DNA of 64,000 nucleotides from Escherichia coli O127:H6 str. E2348/69 (GTDB lineage Bacteria; Pseudomonadota; Gammaproteobacteria; Enterobacterales; Enterobacteriaceae): NCBI RefSeq assembly GCF_000026545.1, contig NC_011601.1; one strand, 5' to 3'. Shown piece by piece: positions 57,427 to 64,000 of this stretch (position 1 is its first letter; each line of letters starts with the position of its first letter). The notes under the pieces were generated by a model. It saw only the letters and a program-made list of their open reading frames with translations, ran no database searches and was not told where the DNA came from. The position numbers and the translations under genes were made by a program.

Positions 57427-58029
57427 TTAAAAACCTGGCTCGACTTCACGCATGTCGGGCAGCTTGTGCGCTATCCCTTTATGGCAATCAATACAGGTTT
57501 GCCCATCTTTCACCGCCTGGTCATGCATCTTCGCGGCAACCGATTTCTGGGCGGTTGTATCCATATACTCGAAGTTGTGACAGTTACGGCACTCCTGCGA
57601 GTTGTTGTCCTTCATGCGCCGCCACTCATTCTGTGCCATCGTCAGGCGATGAGCTTCAAATTTCTGCGGCGTGTCAATAACGCCAAAAATTTTACCATAC
57701 AGCTCTTTACTTGCTTTGAGCTTGCGTATCATCTTTGGCACAAACTCGTGCGGAACGTGACAATCCGGACAGGTCGCACGGACGCCGCTACGGTTGTTGT
57801 AGTGCACGGAATCCATGTATTCCTGATACACCGTGTTACGCATTTCGTGGCAGCTAATGCAGAACTCTTCGGTATTGGCTTTTTCCATCCCGGTGTTAAA
57901 GCCGCCCCAGAAGACGATGCCGCCGACAAAACCGATCAACAGCAGCGTCCCTAGCGCCAGACGGCTGGGGGTACGCCACCATTTCCACAGGCGCTTAATC
58001 AGACCAGGCTTACGGTCAGAATTTCCCAT
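57427..58029 (-). CDS. napC: Membrane-anchored tetrahaem cytochrome c NapC (NapC/NirT family)
   Basis: 200-aa ORF with four CxxCH haem motifs (CISCH, CPDCH, CRNCH, CIDCH). Confidence 0.95.
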   Translation of the reverse strand: MGNSDRKPGLIKRLWKWWRTPSRLALGTLLLIGFVGGIVFWGGFNTGMEKANTEEFCISCHEMRNTVYQEYMDSVHYNNRSGVRATCPDCHVPHEFVPKMIRKLKASKELYGKIFGVIDTPQKFEAHRLTMAQNEWRRMKDNNSQECRNCHNFEYMDTTAQKSVAAKMHDQAVKDGQTCIDCHKGIAHKLPDMREVEPGF

Positions 58030-58038
58030 AATAACCTC

Positions 58039-58488
58039 TTATTTCCCGTAACCTTTTGATGGGGTAAAGGTATTCCCCACGATTGGCGCGGTATCGGCCT
58101 GCGGTACGTGACATTGCAGACAGAAATAACGACGCGGAGCCACTTCCGCGCCCACTTTGCCGTCGCTGTCCATAAAGTGAGTAGGACTAATGCGCGGCGC
58201 GCCAGTGGTGCGATAACTTTCGACACCGTGGCACTGCAAGCAGCGGTTGGTATTGGTCGTTACCTGATAACCTTCAACGCTATGCGGGATCATTGGCGGC
58301 TGATTCACATAGTTCAGCGGCATCCGATCCTGCTCTTTTGGCATCCGAATGGCCCCTTCCTGCGTCCCGGATACTTCCGGCGACTGGCTAAAATCGACGC
58401 CATTAGCCGCCCAAACCGCGCCGCTTACCACCAGGGCCAGCATCGCCGTCCATTGACACAGCGCTTTCTTCAGGTCATGGCTTTTCAT
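58039..58488 (-). CDS. napB: Periplasmic nitrate reductase dihaem cytochrome c subunit NapB
   Basis: Frame 58039-58509 trimmed to [27 protein letters not shown]... (149 aa); two CxxCH motifs. Confidence 0.92.
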   Translation of the reverse strand: MKSHDLKKALCQWTAMLALVVSGAVWAANGVDFSQSPEVSGTQEGAIRMPKEQDRMPLNYVNQPPMIPHSVEGYQVTTNTNRCLQCHGVESYRTTGAPRISPTHFMDSDGKVGAEVAPRRYFCLQCHVPQADTAPIVGNTFTPSKGYGK

Positions 58489-59348
58489 GATTTCGCTCCC
58501 GAACTCCATCGTGTAGTTATTGTAAATACATCCTCAGAACAGACATCCACGCAGCGACCGCACGTCATGCAATCGCGGCTGGTGACCTGCACCGGGCTTT
58601 GTTCATCCAGCACCGGGGCACGTAGCACATGCGGTTCCGGGCAAACATGAAAACAATCCATACAGCGGTTACATTTCTGCCGATCGGTGGCCGCAACGGT
58701 AATCACACCTTTGCTACCCAGCACGCCATACAGTGCACCAACCGGACAAATGTGCCCGCACCAGCCGTGTTCAACGACCAGTAGATCAAATAAAAACAGC
58801 GCGAGAATAAGCAGCGCGCCGCTGCCGAAGCCCATTACCAGGCTACGCCCCATCAGAGAAACGGGGTTGATCCATTCCCAGATGAGCGTGCCAGTTAAGG
58901 CCGATCCCACCAGAATGACCACCAACAGCACGTAGCGAATATGGCGAGGGATCGTCGCAGACTGATTGAGGTCAAATCGTCTGCGTAACCAATTTGCTAA
59001 GTCGGTAATCGGGTTCAGCGGACAGACCCAGCTGCAAAATAATCGCTTTCCTGCCAGGGCGTAGAGCACGGTGATAATCACCGCACCGGTCAACGCCACC
59101 GTGGCAGGCAGATGACCGCTGGCAAGACTTTGCAGTGTCATCAGCGGATCGGTCAGTGGAACGGTGTCGAATAACAGGCTACTGCTGTAGTTGCCGTGCA
59201 AGATCCACACACCAAACCACGGACCGCTCAAAAACATCCCCAGCACGAAGAACTGACAAAGGCGACGTAACACTAACCAACGGTGACTGCGCCACCAGCC
59301 TTTTTTCTCCAGCGCCTCGCGCCCGGCGTCACGTTTACGATTTGCCAT
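58485..59348 (-). CDS. napH: Ferredoxin-type membrane protein NapH
   Basis: 287-aa ORF with TM segments and 4Fe-4S Cys clusters. Confidence 0.93.
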
Positions 59349-60030
59349 TGTTCCCCTCCAGCCAGCCGAAGCGGTAATGGTGACCTAACTCCCCTTTCGC
59401 CAGTGACAGCGGTAACACCTTGATTGCCGGTTGTTCCAGCACGCACACTTTTTCGCACTTACCGCAGCCGGTACAGGCGTCGCTGTGAACCGTCGGCAGA
59501 AAGCGGGCGTGCTTACCGGTTCGCGTGTTGCGCTCCAGCTCCAGGGTGATGGCCTCATCAATTTTCGGGCATTCGCGATAACAAACATCGCAGCGCAGCC
59601 CCTGAAAGTTGAGACAGTTTTCCTGGTCCACCAGTACCGCCAGCCCCATCCGCGCGTCGTCGATCGATTCGATCTCACGATCCAGCGCACCGCTCGGGCA
59701 CACTTTGGCGCACGGAATGTCCTCACACATTTCGCAAGGAATATCCCGTGCGACAAAATATGGCGTGCCCGCCGACAGACCAGAGGCCAGCGTCGCCAGT
59801 TTTAAGGTGTCGTAAGGGCAAGCCTGAACACACTGACCGCAACGCACACAGGCACTGGCAAAGGCGTTCTCGTTTATGGCTCCGGGCGGGCGCAACCGCA
59901 CACCAGATGCGCGTGCGGTTTGCTGTTGTAACCCCAGCGCCACACCCACGGCAGCCAGCCCGCCTGCTGTGCGAACGACATCGCGCAGAAAGCGGCGGCG
60001 ACCATTTTGAGGTTTCGCTGACCGGGACAT
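59335..60030 (-). CDS. napG: Ferredoxin-type protein NapG (Tat signal, 4x[4Fe-4S])
   Basis: 231-aa ORF with RRRFLR twin-arginine motif and multiple CxxCxxCxxxCP motifs. Confidence 0.93.
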
Positions 60031-60036
60031 AATGGC

Positions 60037-62523
60037 TTACACCTTCTCCAGTTTGACCGCGCACTTCTTGAAGTCCGTCTCTTTCGAGAGCGGATCGGTC
60101 GCATCCAGCGTCAGTTTGTTAACCAGCTGTGCGGCGTCGAAGAACGGCATGTACACCAGGCCCTGCGGCGGACGGTTACGACCGCGCGTTTCGACAATCG
60201 AGATCACTTCGCCACGGCGAGAAACCACTTTCACTTTGTCGCCACGGCGCAGATCGCGCGCTTTCGCATCCAGCGGGTGAATAAACAGAACCGCTTCCGG
60301 GAAGGCGCGGTGCAGTTCCGGTACACGGCGAGTCATACTGCCGGTATGCCAGTGCTCCAGGACGCGTCCGGTAGAGAGCCACAGGTCGTACTCTTCATCC
60401 GGTGCTTCCGCCGCAGGTTCGAACGGCAGCGCGAAGATCACCGCTTTGCCATCCGGTTTACCGTAGAACTTGTAGCCTTCGCCCGCTTTCACGTACGGGT
60501 CGTTACCTTCGCTGTAACGCCACTGCGTTTCTTTACCGTTCACCACCGGCCAGCGCAGACCGCGTGCTTTGTGGTAGTCATCGAACGGCGCGAGATCGTG
60601 ACCGTGACCGCGACCAAACCATGCGTACTCTTCGAACAGCCCTTTTTGCAGATAGAAGCCCAGCTCGTGGGATTCATCGTTCAGCTGATCTTCCGCCAGT
60701 TCGGATAGCGGGAATTTGCTCACTTCCGGGGTGGCATACAGAACTTCGTACAGCGTTTTGCCACGCAGTTCCGGTTTCTTCGCCAGCAGCTCTTCCGGCC
60801 ATACTTCTTCAGTTTTGAAGCGGCGGGAGAACTGGACTAACTGCCAGAGATCCGATTTCGCTTCGCCCGGTGCCTGTACCTGCTGACGCCAGAACTGAGT
60901 ACGGCGTTCGGCATTACCGTAAGCGCCCTCTTTCTCTACCCACATTGCGGTCGGCAGGATCAAGTCCGCTGCCAGCGCACTGACCGTCGGATACGGATCG
61001 GAAACGATGATAAAGTTGCGCGGATCGCGCCAGCCCGGCATACGCTCTTCATTAATGTTCGGTCCGGCCTGCATGTTATTGGTACACATGGTCCAGTAAA
61101 CATTCAGTTTGCCGTCTTTCAGCGCACGGTCTTGTGCCACCGCGTGCAGACCGATTTTCGCCGGAATGGTGCCACTCGGGATATTCCACTTCTTCTCGCA
61201 AATATCACGATGTTTCTCGTTAGTCACCACCATGTCCGCAGGCAGACGGTGAGCAAAGGTGCCCACTTCACGCGCAGTACCACACGCGGAAGGCTGCCCG
61301 GTCAGGGAGAACGGACCGCAACCCGGCTGGGAAATTTTGCCGGTCAGCAGGTGCAGGTTGTAGACCAGGTTGTTGGCCCACACACCACGGGTATGCTGGT
61401 TGAAGCCCATCGTCCAGTAGGAGATGACTTTCTTGTTCGGATCGGCATACAGCTGCGCCAGTTGTTCTAACTGGTCTTTCGGCACGCCGGTCATTTCGGC
61501 GGTTTTTTCCAGCGTATATTCAGCAACGAAGGCTTTGTAATCTTCAAAGCTCATCGGTTCGGAGGCGTCAGAACCCGGATTCTTAGCTGCTTTTTCCAGC
61601 GGATGGGTCGGACGTAAACCGTAGCCGATGTCCGTCGCCCCTTTGCGCAGGTTAACGTGTTTGCTGAAGAAGTCCTGATTTATCGCATTGTTTTGAATGA
61701 TATAGTTGGCGATATAGTTCAGGATCACCAGGTCAGATTGCGGCGTAAAGATGATGCCGTTATCCGCCAGCTCGAAGCTACGATGCTGGTAGGTAGAAAG
61801 CACCGCCACGGTGACGTTCTGGTTAGAAAGACGACGGTTAGTGATGCGCGACCAGAGGATCGGGTGCATCTCCGCCATGTTGGAGCCCCACAGCACAAAC
61901 GCGTCAGCCTGCTCGATGTCGTCGTAGCAGCCCATCGGCTCATCCATACCAAAGGTACGCATAAAGCCAACGACCGCTGACGCCATACAGTGACGCGCGT
62001 TCGGGTCGATGTTGTTAGAACGGAAGCCCGCTTTGAACAACTTGGACGCGGCATAACCTTCCCAGATAGTCCACTGACCAGAACCGAACATACCGATCGA
62101 TTCCGGCCCTTTTTCTTTCAGGGCGGTTTTGAATTTCTCTTCCATCACATCGAAGGCCTGATCCCAGGTGATTGGGGTAAATTCGCCTTCTTTGTCATAT
62201 TTACCGTTTTTCATACGCAGCAGCGGCTGCGTCAAACGGTCTTTACCGTACATGATTTTGGGCAGGAAATAGCCCTTAATGCAGTTCAGGCCACGGTTAA
62301 CCGGTGCGTCCGGGTCGCCCTGACAGGCCACCACACGCCCCTGCTGCGTTCCGACCAGAACGCCGCAACCCGTACCGCAGAAACGGCACGGCGCTTTATC
62401 CCATTTAATGGCTTCCTGCTGACCAACAACGGCGCGGGCAACGCCCGGCACGCTGAGACCGGCAGCCGCCGCAGCGGCCGCAACGGCGTTAGCTTTCATA
62501 AAGCTACGACGACTGAGTTTCAT
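60037..62523 (-). CDS. napA: Periplasmic nitrate reductase catalytic subunit NapA (molybdopterin)
   Basis: 828-aa [34 protein letters not shown] (Tat signal) with N-terminal Cys cluster; matches NapA. Confidence 0.95.
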   Translation of the reverse strand: MKLSRRSFMKANAVAAAAAAAGLSVPGVARAVVGQQEAIKWDKAPCRFCGTGCGVLVGTQQGRVVACQGDPDAPVNRGLNCIKGYFLPKIMYGKDRLTQPLLRMKNGKYDKEGEFTPITWDQAFDVMEEKFKTALKEKGPESIGMFGSGQWTIWEGYAASKLFKAGFRSNNIDPNARHCMASAVVGFMRTFGMDEPMGCYDDIEQADAFVLWGSNMAEMHPILWSRITNRRLSNQNVTVAVLSTYQHRSFELADNGIIFTPQSDLVILNYIANYIIQNNAINQDFFSKHVNLRKGATDIGYGLRPTHPLEKAAKNPGSDASEPMSFEDYKAFVAEYTLEKTAEMTGVPKDQLEQLAQLYADPNKKVISYWTMGFNQHTRGVWANNLVYNLHLLTGKISQPGCGPFSLTGQPSACGTAREVGTFAHRLPADMVVTNEKHRDICEKKWNIPSGTIPAKIGLHAVAQDRALKDGKLNVYWTMCTNNMQAGPNINEERMPGWRDPRNFIIVSDPYPTVSALAADLILPTAMWVEKEGAYGNAERRTQFWRQQVQAPGEAKSDLWQLVQFSRRFKTEEVWPEELLAKKPELRGKTLYEVLYATPEVSKFPLSELAEDQLNDESHELGFYLQKGLFEEYAWFGRGHGHDLAPFDDYHKARGLRWPVVNGKETQWRYSEGNDPYVKAGEGYKFYGKPDGKAVIFALPFEPAAEAPDEEYDLWLSTGRVLEHWHTGSMTRRVPELHRAFPEAVLFIHPLDAKARDLRRGDKVKVVSRRGEVISIVETRGRNRPPQGLVYMPFFDAAQLVNKLTLDATDPLSKETDFKKCAVKLEKV

Positions 62524-62783
62524 GGTGTTTCCTCACCTTGCTCTTCCTGCTGGTGATAAACCAGCGACACCGCCAGCACGCCCTCTACGTTGCGTACTGA
62601 CTCAATGGTTTGGATCAGCGTTTCGCTGTCTTCTGCTTCCACCACCACAATCAACTGACCGCTCGGCGCGTCGCTGACAGCAACTTCACAGCCGGTAAAG
62701 GCGTTCAGTTGGGTGCTGATGTCTGAAATTCGTTCGCTTTTGGCCTGCACGACCAGGCTGCAAACTTGCCAGTTAGTGTGCAT
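62520..62783 (-). CDS. napD: NapA chaperone NapD
   Basis: 87-aa ORF overlapping the napA start; matches NapD. Confidence 0.92.
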   Translation of the reverse strand: MHTNWQVCSLVVQAKSERISDISTQLNAFTGCEVAVSDAPSGQLIVVVEAEDSETLIQTIESVRNVEGVLAVSLVYHQQEEQGEETP

Positions 62784-63267
62784 GGAGATACTCCGCAGTT
62801 ATGGCTGATACCGGACAGCTGGCTGCACATGCTCCACATCCGTTGCAAAGTTGGCTATTAAGTTGCGGCTGGTAGATCCCGGAGAGCGTCGGGCGAAAGA
62901 TAATTGCCATTGGCTCACAGCTATCCTGACAGCGGCGGCATTCAACTGTTTGATACGCCAGGCACGCGTCCCCAATGGTGAACTGCAAATCCCAGGCCCT
63001 GGTGTGGCGCGGAGAAAATAGCGATTCGGGGCAAGCCTGCGCGCAGGCGTAACAGAAGCTGCACTCGTTATTTTTGAAATTAACGCTCGGATAGCCACCC
63101 GCGCCGCGTTGCAGAATGTTGTTTTCACAAGCATTAATACAGGCGTCGCAGCGAGTGCAATGGGTCAGAAAATGAGATTCATCACCGGACCAGGGCGGAC
63201 GGATACCGTTACTGGCTTTGCGCCAGCGACCAGTGAGTATGCCCCGACGAGATGCATCAATCTTCAC
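62773..63267 (-). CDS. napF: Ferredoxin-type protein NapF
   Basis: 164-aa ORF with several 4Fe-4S Cys motifs; first gene of napFDAGHBC. Confidence 0.93.
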   Translation of the reverse strand: MKIDASRRGILTGRWRKASNGIRPPWSGDESHFLTHCTRCDACINACENNILQRGAGGYPSVNFKNNECSFCYACAQACPESLFSPRHTRAWDLQFTIGDACLAYQTVECRRCQDSCEPMAIIFRPTLSGIYQPQLNSQLCNGCGACAASCPVSAITAEYLHAH

Positions 63268-63375
63268 ATTGACCTTCCATCATTAACGCGCTCTGAAAAT
63301 TGAGAGCGACCAAATAAACCGCATAATTAATAAGCCATTTTTATAGCCGCTAAGATATTAAAGGATGTGTCAAAG

Positions 63376-63540
63376 ATGCATACCCCGATCGGGGTAAAAC
63401 CTGTAGCAGGATCAAAAGAGTGGCGGGAAGCGTGGCAAAAACGGGCTTTTGCTCACATTTCAAATGGTTATAAACATATTTATATAGCGATTAATTCGCC
63501 AGAGATATTTCTGCTGGTTTGTTTTCTCATCAGAATTTAA
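63376..63540 (+). CDS. yojO: Small uncharacterized protein YojO (54 aa)
   Basis: ATG at 63376 opens MHTPIGVKPVAGSKEWREAWQKRAFAHISNGYKHIYIAINSPEIFLLVCFLIRI, stop TAA 63538-63540; 54 aa matches the recalled YojO length and its position between napF and eco; no obvious SD; overlaps the napF control region. Confidence 0.45.
   Translation: MHTPIGVKPVAGSKEWREAWQKRAFAHISNGYKHIYIAINSPEIFLLVCFLIRI
63381..63396. promoter_or_regulatory. NarP/NarL 7-2-7 heptamer pair in napF promoter
   Basis: taccccgatcggggta is a perfect palindrome of TACCCC-type heptamers in 7-2-7 arrangement, about 115 bp upstream of the napF ATG. Confidence 0.6.
63402..63415. promoter_or_regulatory. FNR-binding site of napF promoter
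   Basis: Minus strand TTGATcctgCTACA, a partial match to FNR consensus TTGAT-N4-ATCAA; centre lies 20 bp upstream of the 7-2-7 centre, as expected for FNR at -64.5 and NarP at -44.5. Confidence 0.5.
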
Positions 63541-63674
63541 CACTAAAAGAGCAGGTAAAATTATCTGAATGTTCTTTAAGTTATTCATAAAGCAAATTAA
63601 TAAATCTGATGAATATGTTAACCTTCAGCGACATCATCGGTGAAAACCTATAAATGAAGAAGGAAAGCAAAAAA

Positions 63675-64000
63675 ATGAAGACCATTCTACCTGCAGTATT
63701 GTTTGCCGCTTTCGCCACCACTTCCGCCTGGGCGGCAGAAAGCGTCCAGCCACTGGAAAAAATCGCACCTTATCCACAAGCTGAAAAAGGCATGAAGCGT
63801 CAGGTGATTCAGTTAACTCCGCAAGAAGATGAATCTACCCTGAAAGTAGAACTGTTAATCGGTCAGACGCTGGAAGTCGACTGCAATTTGCATCGTCTCG
63901 GCGGGAAGCTGGAAAGCAAAACGCTGGAAGGCTGGGGCTATGATTATTATGTCTTTGATAAAGTTAGCTCGCCGGTTTCCACGATGATGGCCTGCCCGGA
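63675..64000 (+). CDS. eco: Ecotin, periplasmic serine-protease inhibitor (partial, 3' end outside window)
   Basis: ATG at 63675 opens [80 protein letters not shown]..., matching ecotin; frame runs to window end. Confidence 0.9.

Noticed and set aside
63287-63310. Hairpin-like sequence cgcgctctgaaaattgagagcg just upstream of napF
   Set aside because: Stem complementarity is only partial and it lies in the napF 5' leader; not distinctive enough to call a regulatory element.

Overview
This window reads as a contiguous stretch of Escherichia coli core chromosome, colinear with the K-12 map from mglC to eco (roughly 48–50 min). Gene order is mglCAB, galS, yeiB, folE, yeiG, cirA, lysP, yeiE, yeiH, nfo, yeiI, nupX, rihB, yeiL, psuTGK, fruAKB, setB, yeiW, yeiP, yeiQ, yeiR, lpxT, mepS, rtn, yejABEF, yejG, bcr, rsuA, radD, rplY, yejK, yejL, yejM, tRNA-Pro (proL), a decayed yejO remnant, narP, ccmHGFEDCBA, napCBHGADF, yojO and the start of eco. 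All identifications rest on reading the supplied ORF translations and the raw sequence against remembered protein sequences and lengths; no database search was run. Several true starts lie inside the longest-ORF calls and were trimmed to the recalled protein length. I found no prophage, integron, IS element, CRISPR array, toxin-antitoxin pair or other foreign island, and nothing I can honestly call an undescribed system. The most worthwhile points are: (1) two paralogous nucleoside-utilisation modules flanking yeiL, one of which (yeiI-nupX-rihB) has no defined substrate; (2) the tRNA-proL-adjacent yejO locus reduced to a roughly 0.95 kb frameshifted remnant; (3) the 54-codon yojO frame embedded in the napF FNR/NarP control region; (4) several unannotated inverted or direct repeats in intergenic regions, including one spanning the nfo ribosome-binding site and a pair of 20-bp repeats flanking a REP cluster downstream of fruA. 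Regulatory-site coordinates are approximate.
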